This document shows positions 25,750 through 34,888 of a stretch of DNA of 64,000 nt, in pieces. The DNA is from an uncultured Actinomycetota bacterium. GTDB taxonomy: Bacteria; Actinomycetota; Actinomycetes; Frankiales; Frankiaceae. The first letter of the stretch is position 1, and every line of letters starts with the position of its first letter. The notes beneath the pieces were generated by a model. It was not told where the DNA came from and did no database searches. It saw only the letters and a program-made list of their open reading frames with translations. The stretch lies in the NCBI GenBank assembly GCA_963839015.1, contig CAWITL010000010.1:501466-565465 (forward strand). The letters are read 5' to 3'. The position numbers were made by a program, and so were the translations under genes.

Positions 25750-26784
25750 GTGAAGGTGTACGCCGGGATGGACCCCCGGCTACCGCTCGCTGAGGTCGAC
25801 GCGTACGCCCGCCGCGTCGAGCGGATCGGCTACGACGGACTGCAGATATCCGAGACGATCCACGACGCGCTGGCGGTCTCGCTGCTGGCCGCAGAACACA
25901 CCCAACGGATCACGATCCGTACCAGCGTGGCGCTGGCCTTCGTGCGCAGCCCGACGCTGACCGCCTACGCCGCCTGGGATCTCGCCCACTTCTCGGGTGG
26001 TCGGTTCGAACTCGGGCTTGGTACCCAGATACGGCAGAACATCGAAGATCGGTACGGCATGACGTGGGCCGACCCGGTACCCCGTATGCGCGAGTACGTG
26101 CAGGCGCTGGGGGCCCTGTTCGCCTCATTCCGGTCCGGCGACGCCCCACGCTTCGATGGCGAGCACTACCGGATCACCCGGATGCAGCCGTACTTCAATC
26201 CGGGTCCGGGGGATCCTGACAGTGCGATCTGTGCGCCACTCATCTATCTCGGCGGCGTCAACGCCGGCATCTGTGAACTTGCCGGCGAGCTGGCAGCCGG
26301 TTTCGTCACGCATCCCACCAACTCCAGCCCCCGCTACCTCGAAACGCTGTGCCGGCCGGCGATGGAGGCGGGCGCCGAACGAGCCGGCCGGTCGCTGGCT
26401 GATCTCGAGTTGGTGTGCGGGACCGCGGTGATCACCGGATCAACTCCCGAGCAACTAGCGGCCGAACGCGAGCGGCAGCGCCGGCTGTTCGCCTTCCTTT
26501 ATTCGACCCCGGCCTACCGCCGCACGCTCGAGCTCTACGGCTGGCAGGACCTGGCCGCGCAGCTGCAAGCGATGATCCGCGCCGAACAGTGGGCGGATCT
26601 GCCCCGGGTAGTCACCGACGAGATCCTCGACACCCTGATTCCGACGGCGACCCTGGACCGTCTCGCCCCCCTGCTGGCCGGGCGGTTCGGGGCCCTGGCC
26701 GACGCCGTCCTCCTGTCGCCGACGACCGATCCGGCCGACGACGAGGCGCTGACGGAGGTCATCGTGCAGCTGCACGCCAGCTGA
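25750..26784 (+). CDS. luciferase-like monooxygenase (LLM) class oxidoreductase, probably F420-dependent
   Basis: 344 aa. The TIM-barrel LLM layout reads GYDGLQISET.HDA ... GGRFELGLGTQ ... It resembles the F420-dependent LLM subfamilies found in actinobacteria. Confidence 0.75.
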   Translation: MKVYAGMDPRLPLAEVDAYARRVERIGYDGLQISETIHDALAVSLLAAEHTQRITIRTSVALAFVRSPTLTAYAAWDLAHFSGGRFELGLGTQIRQNIEDRYGMTWADPVPRMREYVQALGALFASFRSGDAPRFDGEHYRITRMQPYFNPGPGDPDSAICAPLIYLGGVNAGICELAGELAAGFVTHPTNSSPRYLETLCRPAMEAGAERAGRSLADLELVCGTAVITGSTPEQLAAERERQRRLFAFLYSTPAYRRTLELYGWQDLAAQLQAMIRAEQWADLPRVVTDEILDTLIPTATLDRLAPLLAGRFGALADAVLLSPTTDPADDEALTEVIVQLHAS

Positions 26785-26877
26785 CCGACACTCCCTTCCG
26801 CCGCAGCGCACCCTTGCGCGGCAGCACAACCTTCTGCCCCGACGCCGCGTCTTCCCTCCTGAAGCGAAGGGAAGTTC

Positions 26878-27867
26878 ATGGTGACGGACGACAAGCTGCG
26901 GCAGATCTGGGAAAGCCGGTCCCTCAAGGTGGCAGGCGCGAGCCTGGCGGCGATCGCCCTGGTGACGGCGATCGGGTTTGCGATTTCGAACGGTCACGGC
27001 TCGTCGGGCTCGAGCTCGTCCGGGGCCGCCTCCTCGATTGGACTAGCGCCTGCCGGGCCGGCAGCGGGCAGCTCGTCCTCTCCGGAGAAGGAGCCGCAGG
27101 CGGCGGCCGCTGCGTCCGGCGCCACCTCGCCGGGCACGTCGAGCGGCACGTCCAGCGGCACGGACCTCGCGGTGCCGATCCGCAGCGCACGCGTCGTCCA
27201 GAACGGCCAGCTCTCGCTGGAGGTGGGTCACGGAAAGGTTCAGCCGGCGCTTGACCGACTGACCTCGATCGCGATCGGCTCAGGTGGTTACGTCTCCGAC
27301 AGCAAGTCCGAGCAGGGTGACGGCACCCCCTCCGGGACCACCACGCTCCGCGTGCCGGTAGCGCACTTCCCCTCGGTCGAGACGCAGGCCCGCCGGATCG
27401 GCCACGTCGTCAGCATCAACACCTCGGCCACCGACGTGACCGCCGCCTACGTCGACCTGGGTGCACGCATCGACGCGCTCTCCCAGACCCGGGCCACCTA
27501 CCTGACGCTGCTGTCCAGGGCGACCAGCATCGGCGACACGCTCGCCGTGCAGCAGCAGATCCAGCAGGTCCAGACCCAGCTCGAGCAGCTGCAGGGTCAG
27601 CAGAAAGTGCTGGCCGATTCCTCCGACCTCGCCACCCTTGCGGTGAGTGTGACCGAGGCGGGCAATCCCCCACCGCCGGTCACCCACACCGCGTCGGGCT
27701 TCGGCAAGGCCTGGCACGAGGCCGCCAGCGGATTCAACACCGGCCTGAAAGCCATTATCCGCATCGCCGGCCCGCTCCTCCTGGTCGCCCTCGTGCTGGC
27801 TCTCATCGCCGCCATCGGCTACCTGGCCCGCCTGGCCTACCGCCGGATACGGCAGCGCCAAGCCTGA
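26878..27867 (+). CDS. DUF4349-like membrane-anchored protein
   Basis: An N-terminal anchor and Ser-rich linker come first. Next are LSLEV...V...L and VTAAYVDLGARIDALSQTRATYLTLLSRA, then a Gln-rich coiled coil (QQQIQQVQTQLEQLQGQQ). A C-terminal TM helix ends the protein. This architecture is typical of DUF4349. Confidence 0.65.
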   Translation: MVTDDKLRQIWESRSLKVAGASLAAIALVTAIGFAISNGHGSSGSSSSGAASSIGLAPAGPAAGSSSSPEKEPQAAAAASGATSPGTSSGTSSGTDLAVPIRSARVVQNGQLSLEVGHGKVQPALDRLTSIAIGSGGYVSDSKSEQGDGTPSGTTTLRVPVAHFPSVETQARRIGHVVSINTSATDVTAAYVDLGARIDALSQTRATYLTLLSRATSIGDTLAVQQQIQQVQTQLEQLQGQQKVLADSSDLATLAVSVTEAGNPPPPVTHTASGFGKAWHEAASGFNTGLKAIIRIAGPLLLVALVLALIAAIGYLARLAYRRIRQRQA

Positions 27868-27882
27868 GCCGCGCCCCGCGCC

Positions 27883-29385
27883 TCAGGCAAAGGCCGGCGC
27901 ACTCTCCAGGTCGGACTCGGTCTCCGGGAGCGGACCGCTCCGCACCAGAAGGCCGGTGACGAGCGCACCGATCAGGAAGATGAAACCGGCCGCCATGAAC
28001 GCGGTGGTGTAAGAACGCAGGCTCGCCTCGGCCGCTGCTGCTGCCGTCGGCACCTTGCCACTGAGGTAGCTGCTGGCCGCATCGGCAGCCAGCGTGCTGA
28101 GCAGCGCCGTACCGATCGAGCCGCCGATCTGCTGACCCACGTTGACCATGGCCGAGGCGACTCCGGAATCCTCCGGCAGGACTCCCGAAGTAGAGGTGTT
28201 GATGGCGGGCGCGAACACCAGCCCCATGCCGACACCGACGATGACCAGCCCGGGCAGCACACCTCCCGCGTAGCCACTTCCGACCTTGAGCTGGCCGAGG
28301 TAGAACATCCCGCCGGCGCCGACGAGCATGCCAACCGTCATCAGCGGCCGGGGGCCGACCTTGGGCAGCAGCACCGCGCCCAGCGTGACGGTGGTGATCG
28401 TCAGCGCGAAGATCATCGGCAGGAAGCCCAGGCCGGTACCGACTGGGCTGAAGCCCAGTGACTCGGACATGAAGTAGCTCAGGAAGAGAAAGACGGCGAA
28501 CATCCCGGCGCCCGAAATGGCGATCCCGAGGTAAGCACCGCCGCGGTTGCGGTCAAGGACCACCCGCAGTGGAAGCAGCGGATTCTGCACCCGCGACTCG
28601 ATCAGCACGAAGAAGACCAGAGCCACCGCACCGAAGATCAGCGGCAGGATGGTGCCCAGGCTGCTCCAGCCGCCCGATTCGGCGTGGCCCAGCCCGTAGA
28701 CGATCCCGACGAGGCCTAGCGTCACGGTGAGCGTGCCAGGCATGTCCAGCTTCGGACGCTCCGTCTCGGAGGAGTAGCGAGGCAGCACGAAGATGGCCCC
28801 GACGACCGCGATGGCGGCCATGACGAGGTTGACGTAGAGGCACCAGCGCCAGGACAGGTATTCGGTGAGGACGCCGCCCAGGAGCAAGCCCACGGCGCCG
28901 CCCGTGCCGGCGACCGCACCGAAGATGCCGAACGCCTTGGCGCGCTCCTTGGTCTCGGTGAACGTGGTGCTCAGCAGCGAAAGGATCGCCGGGGCCAGCA
29001 AGGCGCCGAACGCACCTTGTGCCGCGCGGGCGATCACGAGCATCGCGAACCCGTTCGCCGCACCACCGATGGCGGAGGCGACGGCAAAGCCGACGAGCCC
29101 GATCATCAGGGTGTTCTTACGGCCGAAGAGGTCGGACAGCTTGCCGCCGAGCAGGAGCAGGCTCCCGAAGCTCAGCGAATACGCGGTGACGATCCACTGC
29201 CGGTTTGCGGTGCTGAAATCCAAGGCTTTCTGGGCGCTGGGCAGCGCAATATTCACGACGGTCGCATCAAGCACGATCATCAGCTGAGCAAGCAGCAGGA
29301 TGACCAGGATGGCGCCCTTGCGGGGCGTTCGGACCGAGGAAACACGTGCGGGGCCGGTGCGCGTCGCATGATCAAGAGTTGTCAA
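27883..29385 (-). CDS. MFS transporter, DHA2 (EmrB/QacA) type
   Basis: 500 aa with 14 predicted TMS. Motifs: LLAQLMIVLDATVVNIALPS and GKLSDLFGRKN. Confidence 0.85.
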   Translation of the reverse strand: MTTLDHATRTGPARVSSVRTPRKGAILVILLLAQLMIVLDATVVNIALPSAQKALDFSTANRQWIVTAYSLSFGSLLLLGGKLSDLFGRKNTLMIGLVGFAVASAIGGAANGFAMLVIARAAQGAFGALLAPAILSLLSTTFTETKERAKAFGIFGAVAGTGGAVGLLLGGVLTEYLSWRWCLYVNLVMAAIAVVGAIFVLPRYSSETERPKLDMPGTLTVTLGLVGIVYGLGHAESGGWSSLGTILPLIFGAVALVFFVLIESRVQNPLLPLRVVLDRNRGGAYLGIAISGAGMFAVFLFLSYFMSESLGFSPVGTGLGFLPMIFALTITTVTLGAVLLPKVGPRPLMTVGMLVGAGGMFYLGQLKVGSGYAGGVLPGLVIVGVGMGLVFAPAINTSTSGVLPEDSGVASAMVNVGQQIGGSIGTALLSTLAADAASSYLSGKVPTAAAAAEASLRSYTTAFMAAGFIFLIGALVTGLLVRSGPLPETESDLESAPAFA

Positions 29386-29443
29386 GGAAGGCTCCGAAGC
29401 TCTAAGTGGACGTAGGAAGTCCGCTAATGCGACTGTAGCGGAA

Positions 29444-30193
29444 ATGGACTCAGTGCGTCCGCTTCAGAGCTATGATCGGAGCGTGACGTTGATAACTAAA
29501 GCTCGGCCGGCGGACGGTTCGACAGACCGGTCATTGGTCACACCGCTGGTCAAGCCATTACGGGCCGACGCGCAACGCAACCGGGAGCGCATCCTGGAAG
29601 CGGCGGCAGAAGTCTTCGCTGACCGCGGGCTGGACGCCACCCTTCATGACGTCGCGGAGCGCGCCGAGGTTGGCGTGGGAACGGTCTATCGCCGCTTCCC
29701 CGACAAGGAAGCGCTGATCGAGGCCCTCTTTGAAGACAAGGTCAACCAGCTGATCGAGCTGGCGGAGCACGCCAGCGCGCAACCGGACGCCTGGACGGCA
29801 TTGATCGACTTCATGCGGGCCATCGGCGAGCAGCAGGCCCAAAACCGCGGCCTTCACGAGGTGCTTCATGGCGGCGGCTACGGCCAGGATCGCGTAGCAG
29901 CGGCCCGTACCCGGATGATGCCCCTCATCGACAACATCCTGCGGCGGGCCCAGGAGCAGGGTTCGGCCCGCCCAGACGTCGAACCTGCCGACCTGACGGT
30001 GCTGATGCTGATGCTGAGCTCGCTGGCGATCTACACCCAGGACGCCCAGCCGGATGCCTGGCGGCGCTATCTCGAACTCCTCATCGACGGGTTGCGTGCC
30101 CATCCCGGCCTGCAGCCGCCCTCGGTTCCGGCCTTGAGCGACTCCGAACTGCTCTGCGCCATGAGCAACTGGCATCAGAAGCGGCGCGGTTAG
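29444..30193 (+). CDS. TetR/AcrR family transcriptional regulator
   Basis: The HTH reads ATLHDVAERAEVGVGTVYRRFPDKEALIEALF. The gene is divergent from the DHA2 pump gene, the classic repressor/pump pair. The true start may be downstream of 29444. Confidence 0.85.
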   Translation: MDSVRPLQSYDRSVTLITKARPADGSTDRSLVTPLVKPLRADAQRNRERILEAAAEVFADRGLDATLHDVAERAEVGVGTVYRRFPDKEALIEALFEDKVNQLIELAEHASAQPDAWTALIDFMRAIGEQQAQNRGLHEVLHGGGYGQDRVAAARTRMMPLIDNILRRAQEQGSARPDVEPADLTVLMLMLSSLAIYTQDAQPDAWRRYLELLIDGLRAHPGLQPPSVPALSDSELLCAMSNWHQKRRG

Positions 30194-30221
30194 TTCCGCC
30201 CGGTTCCGGCGTCTCCCATGA

Positions 30222-30578
30222 GTGGCGCCGGATGAGAGCAAGGCTCACCGACCGAGCTCGGCCGCCCCGCCCCAGGGTGTCAGGGTCACCGTGCACGGCC
30301 CGGTCGACGCCTTCCGCAGCCACGAGATCTGCGCTCAGGCGCAGGAATCCCTCGACGCCGGGGCCCGTGAGCTGCGATGCGAGATCACGGGCCGGGTAGA
30401 CCTCAGCCTGATCGACGCGCTCTGCCGCCTGCAGCTCATCACCGCCCGACGCGACGCCCACCTGCGTATCAGTGCTCGCGGTTGCTCAGAGGAGCTTGTC
30501 GCGCTGCTCGGGTATCTGGGCCTGGAAAGGCTGGCCGAACGGCTAGAGCCGGGCCGGAAGGCCGAAGCGGGCGAATAG
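30222..30578 (+). CDS. STAS-domain-like protein (anti-sigma-factor-antagonist fold, putative)
   Basis: The segment VRVTVHGPVD...LRCEITGRVDLSLIDALCRLQLITARRDAHLRIS...ELVALLGYLGL matches the short actinobacterial STAS-domain proteins. Codon bias is good. The 3' end overlaps the convergent sigma-factor gene by 36 bp. Confidence 0.5.
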   Translation: MAPDESKAHRPSSAAPPQGVRVTVHGPVDAFRSHEICAQAQESLDAGARELRCEITGRVDLSLIDALCRLQLITARRDAHLRISARGCSEELVALLGYLGLERLAERLEPGRKAEAGE

Positions 30579-31511
30579 CGCCGTGTCCAGGAAATGGTGA
30601 ATATGGGAGATCCGCCCGTCGGTGATCTCGATGACCTGGATTGACCACGGCTCGTGGCCACCGTGCGGCGATACGCGGTATTGCCCGAACGCTGGCGAGC
30701 CGTTGGCCGTGAGGGGAATGAGCCGCGAGCCTTTGCATCCGATCCCATAGCCGAGGTACCAGTCCCGCAGGTCGTCCAGGCCTTTGAGCCAGGTCGGGAT
30801 CGGCGGCATGGAGATGCTGGCATCCTCATGCAGCAGGCTGACCAATGCGGCGATGTCGTACGCCTCGAACGCGGCGACGTAGCGGGCCAGCAGCGCCTGA
30901 TCGCCATCGTCAAGATCTGTGAGATCCACCGGCCGGTCGACGTCCGTGAGATTGCTCGCCCCCAACGTCGCCCGCGCGCGCTGAAGGGCGCTATTGACAG
31001 ACGCCACGCTCGTGTCCAGCAGTTCGGCGACCTCAGAGGCCTGCCAGCACAGCACTTCGCGCAGGATCAGGACCGCACGCTGGCGGGGCGGAAGCGCTTG
31101 CAAGGCGGCGATGAAGGCAAGCCGGATCGTCTCAGCGAATACGGCCCGGTGAGCAGGATCGCCATCGGCTGGAGCGATGTCGGCGTCGGGCATCGGCTCG
31201 ACCCACACCGCCTCGGGCAATGGATCTCCCGGAGGCGTGGTGGCTGGGACGGGCATCGACAGATCCATCGGCTGCGCCCGCCGCTCCCGGCCGCGAAGGG
31301 CGTCCAGGCACACGTTCGTCGCAATCCGATACAGCCACGACCTGATGGACGATCGACCCTCGAACCTGTCCAGTGCCTGCCAGGCCTTGACGAGCGTCTC
31401 CTGAACGGCGTCGTCGGCGTCGAAGGCCGAACCGAGCATCCGGTAGCAGTAGCCGCGAAGCTCGCCGCGGTAGTGCTCGAGTTCTTCCACGGACAGTTCT
31501 AGGACAGTCAT
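30543..31511 (-). CDS. ECF-type sigma-70 factor with C-terminal SnoaL-like extension (SigG/SigJ-like)
   Basis: The sigma-2 region reads YCYRMLGSAFDADDAVQETLVKAW...WLYRIATNVCLDALR. The sigma-4 region reads LPPRQRAVLILREVLCWQASEVAELLDTSVASVNSALQRAR. An extra C-terminal domain of about 130 aa follows. Confidence 0.85.
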   Translation of the reverse strand: MTVLELSVEELEHYRGELRGYCYRMLGSAFDADDAVQETLVKAWQALDRFEGRSSIRSWLYRIATNVCLDALRGRERRAQPMDLSMPVPATTPPGDPLPEAVWVEPMPDADIAPADGDPAHRAVFAETIRLAFIAALQALPPRQRAVLILREVLCWQASEVAELLDTSVASVNSALQRARATLGASNLTDVDRPVDLTDLDDGDQALLARYVAAFEAYDIAALVSLLHEDASISMPPIPTWLKGLDDLRDWYLGYGIGCKGSRLIPLTANGSPAFGQYRVSPHGGHEPWSIQVIEITDGRISHIHHFLDTALFARFGLPARL

Positions 31512-32323
31512 TGGGCCGCCGATCGCGCGGGTTGGTCAACGATGGGGTGGGGATGGGCCGGAAGGGTCGGGGGTGTGGGTGAACCGCCGATCAGGGTAAC
31601 GAGCCGGCTCTTGAAACGGTCGTACGGTGCCGCCCGGCGAACGGCGTACGCGAGCTTGTCGGGACTGTAACGGCGCCGTGCCCATGGGCTCGTCGGCGTG
31701 GCCAGCCGGATGGCTCCGAAAAAGCCGACGACCGGCAGGAACGTGCTGAGCAGCATCATCCAGAATTTCCCCTTGAGCGCCGTGATAACCGTCAGGATCA
31801 GATTCAGCGCCACGATAGAGAAAAGCAGCCAACGGACCTGCAGCTGCGAGGAATGCAGATTCTCCAGGCCAAAGGGCGCCGCGTGTACCAGCAGCATCGC
31901 GGTGAGCAGGACCGCCACGATGACGGCGTCGATGGAGGTCCGGCCCTCCGTCGTCCAGTAGACGTCCTTGAGCCGGAGCAGTAGCGCAAATTCGTCGAGC
32001 ACCAGCCCGGCGCCAATGCCAAAGAGTGCGCCGAGGATGTCGCGCCATGGATGAACGGTGGTGGTGGTGAAGCTGAGCACTCCGGCAACAAGCATCAGCA
32101 GCATCCCGAAAAACTCGTGATGAAGGTGTACACCCCCGGCTGAGACGTTGCCCGGCCACCACTTGACCTGTGCCCGAATCATCCGGGTGCTCAGCCGGAT
32201 AAAACCGAAGCCGGCGATCAGGCCGAACAGGAGCAGAAGCAGTGGTTGCTTGCCGGAAGCCACCACCTGGTCGTGGTAGCTGCCAAAGAACCAGGACCAG
32301 TCCACGCGTTGATCCTCCTCCAT
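31508..32323 (-). CDS. polytopic integral membrane protein, unknown function
   Basis: From the ATG at 32323 the protein is 271 aa with about six hydrophobic helices. Its stop overlaps the sigma-factor start (ATGA). Confidence 0.6.
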   Translation of the reverse strand: MEEDQRVDWSWFFGSYHDQVVASGKQPLLLLLFGLIAGFGFIRLSTRMIRAQVKWWPGNVSAGGVHLHHEFFGMLLMLVAGVLSFTTTTVHPWRDILGALFGIGAGLVLDEFALLLRLKDVYWTTEGRTSIDAVIVAVLLTAMLLVHAAPFGLENLHSSQLQVRWLLFSIVALNLILTVITALKGKFWMMLLSTFLPVVGFFGAIRLATPTSPWARRRYSPDKLAYAVRRAAPYDRFKSRLVTLIGGSPTPPTLPAHPHPIVDQPARSAAQ

Positions 32324-32442
32324 TCCACGCGTAAGGCCGCCAAGAGCACGCCCGCCGTCTTTAAGAAAGCGATCGCCGCAGTCGATGTGGAGTAGGCGAT
32401 CGCGGTGGCGAGGCGAATCAATTGTGCTGTGGGGGTTGAAGA

Positions 32443-34059
32443 ATGGCTGTGCGGTCAAACGCTGGCAAGTGGTCGACTGCCATGGCGACACTGGTGCTGA
32501 GCAGCGGTGTCGTACTGGGTGTCGGCGGCTTCGGCGGCCTGACCGGCACGGCGCAGGCGGCGACTCCGCCGGCAGCGCCCGCCGCCAAGGCCACTGCGAA
32601 TGTCACGGTCAAAACGGCGCCGGCACCCATCACGCATCCGCAAAATGACACAGCGGGCTCACAGATTCGCCTTCACGAGCACGAAGTGACCACTACCGTC
32701 ACCCCCCGGCTTAACACCGGCCTGCGCGCCTTCGCCACCACCGCGCCGCCCTACGGCATGGACGTCAGTAACTACCAGGGCAACATCAACTGGCCGGCCC
32801 AGAAGAGCGCCGGCGCGGCCTTCGTCTACATCAAGGCGACCGAGAACACCACGTTTCAAAACCCGTACTTCGCCCAGCAGTACAACGGTTCTTACGCGGC
32901 GGGGCTCGTCCGCGGGGCCTATCACTTCGCGCTGCCGGACCGCTCCAGCGGCGCCACCCAGGCGCAGTACTTCGTCGCCCACGGCGGTGGATGGTCCGCC
33001 GACGGGCACACGCTGCCGCCGATGCTGGACATCGAATACAACCCCTATGGTGCGAGTGAGTGCTACGGCCTGACACCAACCCAGATGGTCGCGTGGATCC
33101 GCGACTTCTCCGACACCGTGCACGCTCTGACCACCCGCTACCCGACGATCTACACCTCTGCGGACTGGTGGAACACCTGCACCGGGTACAACGCGACCTT
33201 CGGCTCCACCAACCCCCTGTTCATCGCTCGATGGGCGAGCACTCCAGGCGTCATGCCCGCAGGCTGGGGATACCAGACGCTCTGGCAGTACAACGACGCT
33301 GGGATTTACCCCGGTGACGCCGACGTGTTCAACGGCTCGATGGCGCAGCTGCTCGCCTTTGCGGGTCAGCCCTCGACCACCCCGGTCAGCACACCACCGC
33401 CGGTCGTCGACCCGGTGACCTCCTACTACAACAAGCTCGGCGGACAAAGCCAGCTCGGCGCCCCGACCAGCGGGCTCATTACCGACGCGGCCGGCAGTGA
33501 GCGCAGCTACGTGGGCGGCAACATCTACTACTCGGCGAGCACCGGCGCTCATTTCGTGCACGGCGCGATCCTGGCCGAATACCTGACCATGGGCGGCCCG
33601 GGAGGAGTCCTCGGATTCCCGACGACCGATGAGACGGCCACTCCCGACGGCGTCGGGCGCTACAACCAGTTCGCGGGCACCGGTGGAGCCTCGATCTACT
33701 GGACGCCCAAGACGGGCGCCCACGAGGTCCAGGGAGCCATCCGCGCGCACTGGTCCCAGCTCAGCTGGGAGCGCGGCATCCTCGGCTACCCCATCACCGA
33801 TGAGCGGGCGACCCGCACACCCGGCGGCCGCTACAACAACTTCCAGGGCGGTTCCATGACGTGGTACCCGACGGTGGGCACCCACGAGGTCAACGGCGCC
33901 ATCAAGGCTCGCTGGCAGGCGCTCGGAGCCGATGCCGGGCGGCTCGGCTTCGCGACCACGGACGAATACTCGGTCTCCGGAGGCCGGCGCAGCAATTTCC
34001 AGCACGGCACCATCACGTGGATGGCGGCCACCAACGCCGTCACGGTCGTCTACAGCTGA
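32443..34059 (+). CDS. secreted GH25 muramidase (lysozyme) with C-terminal LGFP cell-wall-binding repeats
   Basis: The signal peptide ends in AQA. The GH25 core reads YGMDVSNYQGNINW...FVYIKATE...GAYHFA...LPPMLDIE. Three to four LGFP-type repeats follow (VLGFPTTDE, ILGYPITDE, RLGFATTDE). Confidence 0.85.
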   Translation: MAVRSNAGKWSTAMATLVLSSGVVLGVGGFGGLTGTAQAATPPAAPAAKATANVTVKTAPAPITHPQNDTAGSQIRLHEHEVTTTVTPRLNTGLRAFATTAPPYGMDVSNYQGNINWPAQKSAGAAFVYIKATENTTFQNPYFAQQYNGSYAAGLVRGAYHFALPDRSSGATQAQYFVAHGGGWSADGHTLPPMLDIEYNPYGASECYGLTPTQMVAWIRDFSDTVHALTTRYPTIYTSADWWNTCTGYNATFGSTNPLFIARWASTPGVMPAGWGYQTLWQYNDAGIYPGDADVFNGSMAQLLAFAGQPSTTPVSTPPPVVDPVTSYYNKLGGQSQLGAPTSGLITDAAGSERSYVGGNIYYSASTGAHFVHGAILAEYLTMGGPGGVLGFPTTDETATPDGVGRYNQFAGTGGASIYWTPKTGAHEVQGAIRAHWSQLSWERGILGYPITDERATRTPGGRYNNFQGGSMTWYPTVGTHEVNGAIKARWQALGADAGRLGFATTDEYSVSGGRRSNFQHGTITWMAATNAVTVVYS

Positions 34060-34445
34060 GTGATCTGCCTGCCCGGCATGGGTTCGGCGAGCGCGGTCCG
34101 CCAGGCAGGTGCACCAAAGGGGTCTGCGAAGTACTGCGTTTCATGCGCCACCTGCTCGTCGGCAAATTCCATCACCGAGACCGAGTAGGTCGGCACGCCG
34201 TCATAGGTGATGACGCACTCGCTCACCCACAGATTTCCTTCGCCGAGGATGCGTTGCACCGAGAAGTGACGGTCGGCGGGGTGGCCGCCGCGTTGGGCCG
34301 CAATCGACGCGCGGCCTCGAAAGCGCTCCCCTGACTGGGGGTAATCGAGGATCGCGTCTACGGCGTAGATCGCGTGCTCGGCTTCAGTATTTCCGCGCTC
34401 CGATTCCTGCCAGTGCGCTTCGATTGCTGCCCGCTTCGAATCCAT
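34050..34445 (-). CDS. SnoaL-like / NTF2-fold protein
   Basis: From the ATG at 34445 the protein is 131 aa. It has an alpha+beta cone-type pattern (AIEAHWQ...D.ILDYPQSGERF.G...I...) that ends in AHETQYFADPF. The 3' end overlaps the GH25 gene by 10 bp. Confidence 0.6.
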   Translation of the reverse strand: MDSKRAAIEAHWQESERGNTEAEHAIYAVDAILDYPQSGERFRGRASIAAQRGGHPADRHFSVQRILGEGNLWVSECVITYDGVPTYSVSVMEFADEQVAHETQYFADPFGAPAWRTALAEPMPGRQITQL

Positions 34446-34471
34446 ACCCAGAAACCCTAGGCCCCTGCCGG

Positions 34472-34858
34472 TCAGCTCGGTCGGTAAGTTCTGGAAAGCC
34501 CCGCCAGTCCAGCGATCACGAACGGCAGGGGTGTCAAAGCCGCTACCCAAGCTCCCCGCCTTCCCAGTTCGCGCCGCGACGCCAGAGCCAGGACGACATC
34601 ACCGGCGTCGTTAGCAAGGCCGGCCAGGGTCCATCCACGACTCGCCGCACAGCTGCCCTTGCCGTTGCCGAGCGCCGAAAGTGCTCCGCCGCCGGCGACC
34701 AGATCGCGAAGCCCGATCGTTCGAACCAGGATCCGCCGCCCGACGTCCTCGTTCGTCGCCACGTCGGGACGCACCAGGAGCAGGACCCCCACCCCGCACC
34801 GAAGAGCCGCCACCGTCTTCTGGAGCCTCGCCGCATCCACCACGCCGCCAGTCTCCAC
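34472..34858 (-). CDS. hypothetical (possibly membrane) protein
   Basis: 128-aa ORF with a GTG start and genome-like codon bias. It contains hydrophobic and Gly-rich segments. I did not recognise a family. Confidence 0.4.
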   Translation of the reverse strand: METGGVVDAARLQKTVAALRCGVGVLLLVRPDVATNEDVGRRILVRTIGLRDLVAGGGALSALGNGKGSCAASRGWTLAGLANDAGDVVLALASRRELGRRGAWVAALTPLPFVIAGLAGLSRTYRPS

Positions 34859-34888
34859 CCCGTCGAAAAGTCGCCGCTGCCGCTGCGG

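Noticed and set aside
26003-26010. GGTTCGAA, a tRNA T-loop-like motif
   Set aside because: It lies inside the LLM oxidoreductase CDS. No acceptor or anticodon stem pairing can be drawn around it. I found no tRNA genes in the window.
32659-34005. 448-aa ORF on the minus strand
   Set aside because: It is antisense to the GH25/LGFP muramidase gene. The sequence is low-complexity and Arg/Gly-rich. I treat it as a shadow ORF.
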